A stretch of 64,000 bases of DNA from Candidatus Bipolaricaulota bacterium (GCA_040752575.1 JBFMGK010000067.1:1931-65930); one strand, 5' to 3'. Shown: positions 39,499-49,033, counted from the first letter of the stretch. A program made the numbers and translations. The notes: generated from the sequence alone by a model not told the origin.

Positions 39499-40665
39499 CT
39501 ACTCCTTGTCCGTCGAGAAGATGTGCACCGCTGCGTGCTGCCCGTTGCCGCCGACGTTGTGCGACAGACCCATCTCCGCGCCGGAGACCTGGCGCCCCGG
39601 CTCCGCCTCGCCGCGGAGCTGCTTGGTGATCTCGACGGCCATCGAGACGCCGGTCGTCCCGATGGGATGCCCCTTGGACTTCAGGCCTCCGTCGACATTG
39701 ACCGGAATCCTCCCACCAATCGACGTGTGCCCCTCCTCGACCAGCGGACCTCCCTCGCCGCGCGAGCAGAAGCCGAGGTCTTCATAGGCAACGACCTCAG
39801 CAATCGTGAAACAGTCATGAACCACCGCAACGTCGATGTCTTTCGCTTGTACCCCAGCCATCTCATAGGCCTGCCGCGCCGCCTCGACGGTCGCGCCGAG
39901 CGTCGTCAGGTCCTCGCGATGCGCGAGGGACAGGCTGCCGGTACCCAGACCCAGGCCGCGGATCCAGACGGGCCTTCTCGACATGCGCTTGGCCAGCTTC
40001 TCGGAGGCCAGCAGCACGGCAGCCGCGCCGTCTGAGATCAGGCAGCAGTCGTAGAGCTTGAGCGGGGAGGCAACGACAAACGAACTGAGCGCCTTCTCGA
40101 GGGTGATCTCCTTACGCAGATGCGCGTACGGGTTGAGCGCGCCGTAGCGATGATTCTTGACGGCAACGGCGGCAAGCTGCTCTTCCGTGGTCCCGTACTT
40201 GGCCATGTGGGCTCGAGCAATGAGCGCGTAGTAGCCCGGAAACGTCATTCCGAACGGGTACTCCCAGAGGAAGTCCCCGGCGCGCCCCAGCACTTCGGTC
40301 GCGCGCGCCGTCGGCACTTCCGTCATCTTCTCGGCCCCGACGACCAGCACGAGGTCCGCGAGACCGCAGGCGACGTTCATCCATCCCGTCCGCACGGCCA
40401 TGCTCCCCGACGCGCAAGCGCCTTCCACGCGGAAACTCGGTCTGGGGTGAAAACCAAGGTAGTCGACGACCTGTGCAGACGGCTGAAGTGCACAACTCAA
40501 CTCGTCCGAGGCCACACTGACGACCATGGCCTCGACATCGGCAAGGGGAACGCCGGCATCCTGCAGGCACGCGGCAACTGCCTCGAAGGCCAGCTCGCGC
40601 AGCGATGCGTCCTCGCGAACTCCAAACCGGCCGTGCCCGACGCCGACGACGGCAACGTTTTGCAT
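39499..40665 (-). CDS. thiolase-like protein (SCP-x/archaeal-type acetyl-CoA C-acyltransferase family)
   Basis: 388 aa. Active-site Cys in the GACASGSMAV context, with C-terminal HDCF and GG motifs. GGGAGG RBS. Confidence 0.85.
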   Translation of the reverse strand: MQNVAVVGVGHGRFGVREDASLRELAFEAVAACLQDAGVPLADVEAMVVSVASDELSCALQPSAQVVDYLGFHPRPSFRVEGACASGSMAVRTGWMNVACGLADLVLVVGAEKMTEVPTARATEVLGRAGDFLWEYPFGMTFPGYYALIARAHMAKYGTTEEQLAAVAVKNHRYGALNPYAHLRKEITLEKALSSFVVASPLKLYDCCLISDGAAAVLLASEKLAKRMSRRPVWIRGLGLGTGSLSLAHREDLTTLGATVEAARQAYEMAGVQAKDIDVAVVHDCFTIAEVVAYEDLGFCSRGEGGPLVEEGHTSIGGRIPVNVDGGLKSKGHPIGTTGVSMAVEITKQLRGEAEPGRQVSGAEMGLSHNVGGNGQHAAVHIFSTDKE

Positions 40666-40835
40666 CCCGCCTCCCTGACGGCACGTGAGACCCGGACCCC
40701 TGATGGTGCGGTCAGCGGACCCCGGGGTGTGAAGGGTGACTCAGGTCTCACACTAGCATGGAAGGCGCGCTAAGGTCAACCAGAGACGGTCCTCGGCGGA
40801 GCCGTGGCCACGCTCCCGGCGGCCTGCGGCTCTCG

Positions 40836-42077
40836 CTAGCCGTTGCGGTCGAGAAGTCCTCTCTCCAGAAAGTCCAGCAGGGCGCAGACGACCCGGTCCG
40901 CAGGCACGGGCTTGGCGTCATCGGCCAGCCACCACAAGGCCACGGAGTGCCCGGCACCCAGAAGGGCATAAGAGAGGGGCTCAGGCGCCATCCTGTAGAC
41001 CTCTCCGCGCTCCATCGCCTGACTCAGTCCCGCGGTGTAGCCTCTCGCGAGCCGCTCGTAATACCAACGTCCCGTCTCGGGATCGATCAGCTCTGCCTCG
41101 CGGATGATCCAGTAGGCACCGCGATGCGCAGCGATGAACCGAAAGAAAGCCTGGAAACCCGCAACCTCGACCTCGCGCCGGTCGACGATTCCCGCCAGCG
41201 CGGCTCGTTCCGCGGCTCTGAACTTCCTGTTGATCTCGCGCGCAAGCTCGGCAAAGATAGCCACCTTGCTCGGGAAGTGCAGGTAGAACGTGCCCTGCGC
41301 CACGCCCGCGACGTAGGTGATCGCGGAGACGGATGTCTGATAGAACCCCGTCTGCCCGAACAGACGTTCGGCCGCATCGAGAAGTGCCTGACGCGTGGCT
41401 TCCCCTCCCTGCAATGTGTCCGCGGGGTCGCCTTGCCGAGGCTCGGCCCCGACAGGAGGCCTCTTCATGCCCTCCACCCTGGCGGTGCCGGTGTCGAACC
41501 CGCTCATCACGAGACACTCCAGCGTGCGGTACACGCCCTCATGAAGCGAACCCGGCTCCCAAAGGATGTACCGCATCACCATGAACTCGAGCATCCCAAG
41601 AATCGCGTACGCGGCAGTGGTTTCGTCCACCGCCCGGAAAACGCCGCTCTCGACGCCCGCCCGAAGGACGCGTCCCAACGCCTCGGCAAGGTTCATCCGG
41701 AACTGCCGATGGATCCCAAGCCGAATCGCTTCCGCGCCACGGCCGACGCGATAGAGCGCCGATTCGCGGGCGATGTAGTGAAGCACGTCGCGACACGCTT
41801 GGAGCAGGGCATCGCGGCCGTCGGCCGCCTCGGCGAGCGCTCGCTGGATGCGCTCGCGCATGCCGTTCTGAAGACGCTCGACGAGCGCCGCGAAGATCTC
41901 CTCTTTGTGCTCGAAGTGCCGGTAGAACGTCCCGTTCGCGAGTCCGGCTCTGCGGCAGATCTCCGAGACGGACGCCTCGTGATATCCCCGCTCGCTGAAC
42001 ACGGCTTCCCCGGCTTGCAGGAGCGCTTCTCGCGTTCTCGCCGGAGTGGACCTTCTGCCGCCGATGCCTTTCACCAT
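40836..42077 (-). CDS. tandem-domain TetR-family transcriptional regulator
   Basis: Start at MVKGIGGRRSTP with GGGAGGA upstream. Two TetR N-terminal HTH units (ASVSEICRRAGLANGTFYRHF and TSVSAITYVAGVAQGTFYLHF) in one polypeptide. Confidence 0.8.
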   Translation of the reverse strand: MVKGIGGRRSTPARTREALLQAGEAVFSERGYHEASVSEICRRAGLANGTFYRHFEHKEEIFAALVERLQNGMRERIQRALAEAADGRDALLQACRDVLHYIARESALYRVGRGAEAIRLGIHRQFRMNLAEALGRVLRAGVESGVFRAVDETTAAYAILGMLEFMVMRYILWEPGSLHEGVYRTLECLVMSGFDTGTARVEGMKRPPVGAEPRQGDPADTLQGGEATRQALLDAAERLFGQTGFYQTSVSAITYVAGVAQGTFYLHFPSKVAIFAELAREINRKFRAAERAALAGIVDRREVEVAGFQAFFRFIAAHRGAYWIIREAELIDPETGRWYYERLARGYTAGLSQAMERGEVYRMAPEPLSYALLGAGHSVALWWLADDAKPVPADRVVCALLDFLERGLLDRNG

Positions 42078-42199
42078 GAGGGATCCTCCCGCGTCCTCGC
42101 CCGCGGCGCCGTCACGTCGGCACGGCTCCTCGCGAATGGTACGACGCCCTCTGCGAAGCGCCAAGGCTCGAGGACAGGCAGATGCCCCGCTACGCCTGG

Positions 42200-42228
42200 T
42201 TGTACGTTCCCAAACGTGCAAGCTACAA
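42200..42228 (+). promoter_or_regulatory. candidate promoter with imperfect palindrome upstream of coaBC
   Basis: TTGTAC-N18-TACAAT. The spacer contains the palindrome TTGTACGTT-ccc-AACGTGCAA (8/9 arm matches). It lies in the divergent TetR/coaBC intergenic region. Confidence 0.35.
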
Positions 42229-42250
42229 TCCTCGAGACTCTGGTGAGATC

Positions 42251-43438
42251 ATGACTCAGCGAACCGTTGTCCTCGGTGTTACGGGATCGATTGCGGCGTA
42301 CAAGGCCGCCGATCTCGCCAGTCGCCTCACGCAGGCCGGGGTCGAGGTTCTGGCCATCCTGACGCGGTCCGCGACCCAGCTCATCGCTCCGGCGACGTTC
42401 CGCGCTTTGACGGGGCGTCCGGTCGCCGTCGAGATGTTCGACGTGACGAATCCCCACTCGATCGAGCACGTCTCGCTGGCCGACGCGGCCGACGTGCTCC
42501 TCATCGCACCGGCAACGGCCAATACCCTTGCCAAACTCGCCCAGGGCATGGCCGACGACCTGTTGTCGTGCACGGCGCTCGCAACACGCGCTCCCGTGCT
42601 GATCGCGCCGGCCATGCACACCGCCATGTGGGAACACCCCGCGACGCAGGCCAACGTTGCTACGCTCCGGGCGCGCGGCGCCCGCTTCGTCGGCCCCGTG
42701 AGCGGACGCCTGGCCTCGGGAGGCCGTGGCGCGGGACGTTTCGCCGCGGTGGAAGACCTCCTCGGGGAGACGCTCGCCCTACTGGGCCGCTATGGGGATC
42801 TCACGGGCCGGCGGGTCGTCGTCACGGCAGGAGGAACTCGCGAGCCCCTGGATCCCGTCCGCTACATGGGCAACCGTTCGTCGGGCAAGATGGGTTACGC
42901 CATCGCCGAGGCGGCACGCGACCGCGGCGCTGCCGTCACCCTGATCTCGGCCCCGTCATCCCTGCGCGCTCCAGCGGCTGTGACGCGCGTTCTCGTTGAA
43001 ACGGCGTCCGAGATGCGCGACGCCGTCTCCGCCGCGCTTTCCGACGCAGACGCTCTGATCATGGCCGCGGCGGTCGCGGACTACGCACCGGCGGCCGCCG
43101 AGAACCGCAAGATCAAGAAGACAGACGAGCCCTTGCTTCTCCCACTGACGCGGACGGCCGATGTGCTCGAGGTGACCCGCGGCCGCCCGGCCGTGCGCGT
43201 CGGCTTCGCCGCCGAAAGCGAGAACCTGATCGACAACGCCCGCCGCAAGCTGACAGAGAAGGCTCTCGATCTGGTCGTGGCCAACGCCGTCGGCGGCCCC
43301 AACGGGCCGTTCGACACCGACGAGAGCGAGGTCGTGCTCGTTGACTCTCGCGAGGCAACGCCCCTTCCACGGCAAGCCAAACGTGCGACCGCGGACACGA
43401 TCCTTGACCGGGTCGTCGCGTTGCTCGGATCGAGCTAG
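42251..43438 (+). CDS. coaBC: bifunctional phosphopantothenoylcysteine decarboxylase / phosphopantothenate--cysteine ligase
   Basis: Start at MTQRTVVLGVTGSIAAYK (flavoprotein motif). CoaB motif TAGGTREPLDPVRYMGNRSSGKMG. Confidence 0.9.
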   Translation: MTQRTVVLGVTGSIAAYKAADLASRLTQAGVEVLAILTRSATQLIAPATFRALTGRPVAVEMFDVTNPHSIEHVSLADAADVLLIAPATANTLAKLAQGMADDLLSCTALATRAPVLIAPAMHTAMWEHPATQANVATLRARGARFVGPVSGRLASGGRGAGRFAAVEDLLGETLALLGRYGDLTGRRVVVTAGGTREPLDPVRYMGNRSSGKMGYAIAEAARDRGAAVTLISAPSSLRAPAAVTRVLVETASEMRDAVSAALSDADALIMAAAVADYAPAAAENRKIKKTDEPLLLPLTRTADVLEVTRGRPAVRVGFAAESENLIDNARRKLTEKALDLVVANAVGGPNGPFDTDESEVVLVDSREATPLPRQAKRATADTILDRVVALLGSS

Positions 43439-43444
43439 TCAGCG

Positions 43445-44353
43445 ATGAGAGATACGTCCAGGCCGCGCATTGGCTTCATCGGAGCCGGGGTCGTCGGCAC
43501 GGCCCTCGCCGTAGCGCTCGCCGACGCTGACTACCCCGTTGCGGCCGTGCACAGCCGCGATCTTGCGCGGCGCGATGAGCTGGTCCGGTCCTTGCCAGCG
43601 GCCCGCTCTGCGTCCACGCGCCAGGAGGTTGCCGAGCTCTGCGATCTCGTGTTTCTCACGGTGTCCGATGACGCGCTGGCCGACGTCGCGGCATCGATTC
43701 GCTGGCCGCGCGGTGTGGCGGCGATCACGACCCACGGCGCCGCGTCGCTCGACGTTCTGCGCGCGGTCCAAGACCAAGGCGCCTCGGTTGGGGTGTTCCA
43801 CCCGCTCAAGTCGTTCGCCACGGCAACGCAGAGCCGCCGGTTCGCGGCGGGAACTGCGGTGCGCATCGACGCATCCAACGAGGCGCTTCGCGACACGCTG
43901 ACGCGCATGGCCGAGGCGCTCGGCGGCCGTCCGCTGTTCGTCGCCGGCGATCCAACGTTGTACCACGCGGGCGCCGTTCTCGCATCGAACGCTCTCGTAA
44001 CCCTCATGGACCTGGCTGCCGAGCTGTGGACACACGTCGGCATCCCCAAGGACGAGGCCGTTCGCGCCCTGCTTCCTCTTGTTCGCGGAACGGTGGACAA
44101 CCTGGACCGCGTCGGGTCGCCACGCGCGCTCACGGGTCCCATTGCGCGCGGCGACGCGGGAACGCTGGCGCGCCATCTTGAGACCCTCGGGCGCATTGCG
44201 CCCGCCACCCTCCCGGTGTACAAGGAGTTGGCGCGTCGGACGATTCCGGTGGCTCTCGCCAAGGGAACCCTCGCCGCGGAGGCGGCCGAGAGGCTCCTCC
44301 GGCTTCTCGACGCGACCGAGGAAGGAGGTTCCTGTGCGCGTGACGATCGCTGA
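43445..44353 (+). CDS. Rossmann-fold NAD(P)-binding protein with DUF2520-like C-terminal domain (putative oxidoreductase)
   Basis: 302 aa. N-terminal IGFIGAGVVG dinucleotide-binding motif. The C-terminal helical domain resembles 6PGDH/ProC-like folds. It sits between coaBC and panB. Confidence 0.65.
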   Translation: MRDTSRPRIGFIGAGVVGTALAVALADADYPVAAVHSRDLARRDELVRSLPAARSASTRQEVAELCDLVFLTVSDDALADVAASIRWPRGVAAITTHGAASLDVLRAVQDQGASVGVFHPLKSFATATQSRRFAAGTAVRIDASNEALRDTLTRMAEALGGRPLFVAGDPTLYHAGAVLASNALVTLMDLAAELWTHVGIPKDEAVRALLPLVRGTVDNLDRVGSPRALTGPIARGDAGTLARHLETLGRIAPATLPVYKELARRTIPVALAKGTLAAEAAERLLRLLDATEEGGSCARDDR

Positions 44354-45182
44354 CCTCTTCCAAGCCAAGCGCGAGCGGCGCCGCTTCGCCGCACTCACGG
44401 CGTACGACGCCGTGAGCGCGGGGATCCTGGACTCCGCCGGCATACCGCTGTTGCTCGTCGGAGACAGCCTCGGCATGGTCGTCCTCGGCCACGAGACCAC
44501 GCTTCCGGTAACGCTCGAGGACATCCTCCATCACACCCGCGCCGTCGTCCGAGGATCTCGCCGCGCGATGGTCGTCGCCGACCTGCCGTTCATGACGTAT
44601 CAGATTTCGATCGAGCAGGCGATGTCCAGCGCGGCACGCTGCCTCCAAGAGGCGGGGGCACAGGCCGTCAAACTCGAGGGCGGTCGCTCGATCTCCCCGA
44701 CGGTTCGCCGGTTGACGGAAGCGGGGATTCCCGTGATGGGGCACATCGGTCTTACGCCGCAGTCCGTTCATCAACTGAGCGGCTTCCGCGTGCAAGGCAA
44801 GACGGCCGCGCGTGCGAAGGAGATCCTCGCCGACGCCCAGGCTCTGGAGTCTGCCGGCGCCTTCAGTGTCGTTCTCGAGTGCATTCCGACGGAACTCGCG
44901 GGCTTGATCACAGAGCGTCTCTCCATTCCAACGCTCGGCATCGGAGCCGGCCCTCTGTGCGACGCAGAGATCCAGGTCACTTCGGACATCCTCGGCTGGA
45001 CGCCGGCCTTCGTGCCGCGCCACGCCCGCGCGTACGCGCAGCTCGCCAAGGACGCTGCAACCGCCGTCGAGCGCTTCCAGAGCGACGTGGCCTCCAGAGC
45101 ATTTCCGGGTCCAGAACAGAGCACAGCCCTTGCCCCGGAGGTGGCGGCGGCCCTTCGCGATGGGCTTGCCGATCCAACGTGA
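44334..45182 (+). CDS. panB: 3-methyl-2-oxobutanoate hydroxymethyltransferase
   Basis: GTG start 5 nt after AAGGAGG, in frame with the ORF-track ORF. Full-length PanB-like (LTAYDA..., KLEGG, GHIGLTPQS). Confidence 0.9.
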   Translation: MRVTIADLFQAKRERRRFAALTAYDAVSAGILDSAGIPLLLVGDSLGMVVLGHETTLPVTLEDILHHTRAVVRGSRRAMVVADLPFMTYQISIEQAMSSAARCLQEAGAQAVKLEGGRSISPTVRRLTEAGIPVMGHIGLTPQSVHQLSGFRVQGKTAARAKEILADAQALESAGAFSVVLECIPTELAGLITERLSIPTLGIGAGPLCDAEIQVTSDILGWTPAFVPRHARAYAQLAKDAATAVERFQSDVASRAFPGPEQSTALAPEVAAALRDGLADPT

Positions 45183-46036
45183 GGGTCGTCGAGAGCGTCG
45201 GTGAGCTGCGGCGTGTCCGTCATGAGCTTCGGTCCCCCGTGGGGTTCGTGCCCACCATGGGCTTTCTGCACGGCGGGCATCTTGCCCTCGTCCACCGGGC
45301 CCGGAGCGAGCAGACGACAGTCGTCGCGAGCATCTTCGTCAACCCGACGCAGTTCGCACCGCACGAGGATCTGGCGTCGTATCCGCGCGACCTGCAGCGC
45401 GATCTCGAGCTTCTTGAGCAAGCTGGGGCGGACGTTGCGTGGACCCCGAGCGTCGAGGACATGTACCTCCCCGACCATGACACCTGGGTCGTCGTCGACC
45501 GTCTGACGCACCGCCTAGAGGGAGCATCACGCCCTACGCACTTCCGCGGCGTCGCCACGATCGTCGCCAAGCTCTTTCACCTCGTCCAGCCAGCCGTCGC
45601 GTACTTCGGCCAGAAAGACGCCCAGCAAGCCCTGGTGGTCGACCGTCTGGTCCGCGATCTTCATCTTCCGATCTCGCTCTGCGTCGTGCCGACGGTCCGA
45701 GAGGCCGACGGCCTCGCCATGAGCAGCCGCAATACGTATCTCTCTCCGGCGGAGCGGGCTGCAGCCCCGGTCTTGCGGCGTTCGCTCGACGCGGCCGAGC
45801 GTCAATGGCAGGGCGGGGAGAGGAGCGCCGAGGCTCTGCGTGCGGCCATGCGGGAGGTCCTTGCGAGCGAGCCCGCGGCTGAGGTGGAGTATGTGAGCGT
45901 TGCCGACGTTCGAACGCTCGAAGAGCTCGATCGCGTCGGGGAAAAGGCCCTGGTCTCGCTGGCCGTACGACTCGGCCACACGAGACTCATCGACAACACC
46001 CTACTGCCGCCGGGCACGCCGTTGCTCGAGAGGTGA
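45179..46036 (+). CDS. panC: pantoate--beta-alanine ligase
   Basis: GTG start overlapping the panB stop (GTGA). Motif PTMGFLHGGHLAL (HxGH) and a C-terminal SSRN motif. Confidence 0.9.
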   Translation: MRVVESVGELRRVRHELRSPVGFVPTMGFLHGGHLALVHRARSEQTTVVASIFVNPTQFAPHEDLASYPRDLQRDLELLEQAGADVAWTPSVEDMYLPDHDTWVVVDRLTHRLEGASRPTHFRGVATIVAKLFHLVQPAVAYFGQKDAQQALVVDRLVRDLHLPISLCVVPTVREADGLAMSSRNTYLSPAERAAAPVLRRSLDAAERQWQGGERSAEALRAAMREVLASEPAAEVEYVSVADVRTLEELDRVGEKALVSLAVRLGHTRLIDNTLLPPGTPLLER

Positions 46037-46041
46037 GGAAC

Positions 46042-46812
46042 ATGCTCCTCGTGTATGACGTAGGAAACACAAACATCGTCGTCGGCCTCTGGAACGACTC
46101 GCGCCTCGTCGGCCGCTGGCGGTTCTCCACCCACCCCCACGGTACGGCGGATGAGCTACGCTTCGACGCGCGGAACGCACTGGACGACGCCGACGCATCG
46201 CCGGCAGAGATCGACGGGGTCTGCGTCGCTTGCGTCGTCCCGGCCCTGCGGCGGCCGCTCGAGGCCGCCCTGCGGAACCTCACCGACGCACCGCTTCTCT
46301 GGATCGACGCGGGGACATCGCCCATGCGGCTCGACGTGTCGGAACCTTGGGCCGTCGGAGCCGACCGAATCGTGGACTGTGTCGCGGCCTACGCCCAATA
46401 CGGTGGTCCTCTGCTCGTGATCGACTTCGGCACCGCCGCCACCTTCAACCTCGTGTCCCGCGAGGGGAACTTCCTGGGCGGTGCGATCGCCCCCGAAATG
46501 GCCGTCGCGGGGGAGGCCCTCGTGTCCCGCGCCGCTCAGCTCTTTTCCGTCCGACTCGATCCCCCCGCCACGGTGGTGGGAAAGACCACGGCCGCGAACC
46601 TCGAGGCGGGCATCGTCCTGGGGCATCTCGACCTCGTCGACGGCTTGATTCGGCGCTTCCGCGCCGAGGCGGACGCCGGGCTGCGCGTGGTGGCCACCGG
46701 CGGGAAGGGCGAGCTGTACGCCCGTCATCTCGACGCCATCGAGGTCTATGACCCGGATCTCACGCTCGTCGGCCTACGCCTCTGCTGGGAGGGAGCACGG
46801 CGCAAGCGGTAG
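46042..46812 (+). CDS. coaX: type III pantothenate kinase
   Basis: MLLVYDVGNTN (DxGNT). Type III PanK family length and motifs. The start may alternatively be the GTG at 46033 that overlaps the panC stop. Confidence 0.85.
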   Translation: MLLVYDVGNTNIVVGLWNDSRLVGRWRFSTHPHGTADELRFDARNALDDADASPAEIDGVCVACVVPALRRPLEAALRNLTDAPLLWIDAGTSPMRLDVSEPWAVGADRIVDCVAAYAQYGGPLLVIDFGTAATFNLVSREGNFLGGAIAPEMAVAGEALVSRAAQLFSVRLDPPATVVGKTTAANLEAGIVLGHLDLVDGLIRRFRAEADAGLRVVATGGKGELYARHLDAIEVYDPDLTLVGLRLCWEGARRKR

Positions 46813-46873
46813 AGGGAACCGCAGCCCCCATCGCGTGTAGGTCTTGGGACACTCTCGCGTGGAGGCGATGGTC

Positions 46874-48994
46874 ATGCGTCAGCTTCGTATCGTGGCGGCC
46901 TGTGCTGTGGTCGCCCTCTGGATGGTCCTTTCTTCCGTCGGCACGCAGGCCGACGGTATCCTCCTTCCCGACGATCCCGGGCTCGGGCCGTTCGACATCG
47001 TGTTTCACGACGTTGAGGTGACGATTCGAGATGGCATCGTCACGACGCGCGTCGATGAGATCTTCCGCAACAGCTCCCTCGTGGAGCGCGAGGCTCGCTA
47101 CATCTTCCCGCTGCCGCCTGGCGCCGTAGTCTCCGAGTTCACGCTGTGGATCGACGGGCAGGCCGTCGAGGCAGAGCTGCTCGGCGCCGAGGAAGCGCGT
47201 TCCGTCTACGAAGACTACGTCCGCCGCGCCACCGACCCCGCCTTACTGGAGTACATCGGCCGGGACACGCTCATGGCGAGGATCTTCCCCGTTCCCGCGA
47301 GCGGAGAGCGCAGAATCCAGATCTCGTATAGCGAGCTGCTCTCCCTGGACAGCGGCGCGTACCGGTATCGCTACCCCTTGGACACGGAGCGCTTCTCGGC
47401 GTCACCCATCGAACGCGTCACGATCTCCGTGGAGCTGTCGACCACGCTTCCCTTGGCGGCCGTCTACTCGCCAACGCACGACCTCAACGTCGTTCGCCGC
47501 ACGGACGGAACGGCCGTGGCGTCCTATGAGACGCACGACGCTCGACCCGCCGACGACTTCGTGCTCTACTACACTGTGGGCCTGGACGTCGTCGGAACGT
47601 CAATCCTCACGTATCGAGTTCCCGGCGAGGACGGCTTCTTCCTGTTCCTCGCGACGCCGCCCCAAGGGGAAGCTGGCGACACGTTGCCCAAAGATCTGGT
47701 CTTCGTTCTCGACCGCTCCGGAAGCATGCAAGGCGAGAAGTTCCGCCAAGCCCAGGAGGCTCTTGCGTTCATCCTGGCGAACCTGGGTTCGGCTGATCGA
47801 TTCGCGCTTCTCTCCTTCAGTTCCTCGGTCGACGCCTTCGCGACGAAACTCTGCGATGCGACCGAGATTCCATCAGCCCAGGCTTGGGTCTGGGGACAAG
47901 AAGCGGCCGGAAGCACCGACATCGACGCCGCTTTGCGCGCAGCTTTGAGTCTGTTCGACGGCAGCGATCGCCCCCGGTTTCTGATCTTCCTGACCGACGG
48001 GGAGCCTACCGCTGGCGTCGTCGATCCCGTAAGAATCGCCGAGCGTGCCCTCGCCGCCAACGTCTCAGATGCACGTCTGTTCGTCTTCGGCGTCGGTTAC
48101 GACGTGAACACTGTGCTTCTCGACCAACTCGCGCGCGAGAACCGTGGAACCACGGCGTACGTCCTCCCCGAAGAGGACCTGGAGCTCGTCCTATCCGGCT
48201 TCTACCGCAAGATCGCCTCTCCAGTCCTTGCCAACCCCGTCTTGGCCGTCGACGGCGTTGGGGTGTACGACGTCCTGCCGGCGGTTCTTCCCGACGTCTT
48301 CCGTGGTTCCCAGCTCGTCGCCCTCGGTCGCTACCGGGGCGAAGGCGAGGCGCGCGTCACGCTCTCCGGAGACCAATCGGGGCTGCCGCTGGAGATCTCG
48401 TCAACGCACCTCTTCCCTTCGTCGTCGCTCGTCGAGCCAACGCTCGCGCGTCTCTGGGCCGGGCGCAAGGTGGCCACGCTCCTCGAGCAGATCCGGCTCT
48501 ACGGCGAGGACAAGGAGCTGGTTGACGAGGTGATCGCGTGGAGCGAGCGGTACGGGATCATCACGCCCTACACGTCGTTCCTCGTCGAAGAGACCGGCTA
48601 CACGGCCGATGAGGCCGCCGACGCCGTGTTCCGAGCCGCAGCTCCGGCATCCGGATCCGCTGCAGTACAGGGGGCGTCGGCGCTCAAGTCACTTGCCGAG
48701 GGCGAGGTTGCCGCGCCGCCTCCTGCGGAGACTCTGCGGATCGTGGGAGACCGGGCGTACTTCCTGCGCGATGGCGTCTGGACCGACAGCGAGTTCGACG
48801 AGGAAGCCCCCGTGATCGAAGTCCAGATCTACAGCGAGGCGTACTTCGAGCTGCCGACGCTTGCCGCGTGGATCGGCCCCCACCTTGCCCTGGGAACCCG
48901 CGTTGTCGTGAAGGTCGGAGAAGTCTTTGTCTGGATCGACGAGGTCGGCAAGACGACGTGGGACGCCGCCGACCGCGCCCAGCTTTCGGGATAG
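46874..48994 (+). CDS. secreted VIT-domain / von Willebrand factor type A domain protein
   Basis: Signal peptide MRQLRIVAACAVVALWMVLSSVGTQA. N-terminal VIT-like region. VWA MIDAS motif DRSGSM...T...D. ~700 aa. Confidence 0.75.
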   Translation: MRQLRIVAACAVVALWMVLSSVGTQADGILLPDDPGLGPFDIVFHDVEVTIRDGIVTTRVDEIFRNSSLVEREARYIFPLPPGAVVSEFTLWIDGQAVEAELLGAEEARSVYEDYVRRATDPALLEYIGRDTLMARIFPVPASGERRIQISYSELLSLDSGAYRYRYPLDTERFSASPIERVTISVELSTTLPLAAVYSPTHDLNVVRRTDGTAVASYETHDARPADDFVLYYTVGLDVVGTSILTYRVPGEDGFFLFLATPPQGEAGDTLPKDLVFVLDRSGSMQGEKFRQAQEALAFILANLGSADRFALLSFSSSVDAFATKLCDATEIPSAQAWVWGQEAAGSTDIDAALRAALSLFDGSDRPRFLIFLTDGEPTAGVVDPVRIAERALAANVSDARLFVFGVGYDVNTVLLDQLARENRGTTAYVLPEEDLELVLSGFYRKIASPVLANPVLAVDGVGVYDVLPAVLPDVFRGSQLVALGRYRGEGEARVTLSGDQSGLPLEISSTHLFPSSSLVEPTLARLWAGRKVATLLEQIRLYGEDKELVDEVIAWSERYGIITPYTSFLVEETGYTADEAADAVFRAAAPASGSAAVQGASALKSLAEGEVAAPPPAETLRIVGDRAYFLRDGVWTDSEFDEEAPVIEVQIYSEAYFELPTLAAWIGPHLALGTRVVVKVGEVFVWIDEVGKTTWDAADRAQLSG

Positions 48995-49000
48995 GGACGC

Positions 49001-49033
49001 CGGCGGGCGGCTCCTCGCTTGACCGCCCGCCCG
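49001..49033 (+). terminator. GC-rich hairpin downstream of the VIT-VWA gene
   Basis: GCGGGCGG-N12-CCGCCCGC stem-loop 7 nt after the stop codon. No U-tract. Confidence 0.35.
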
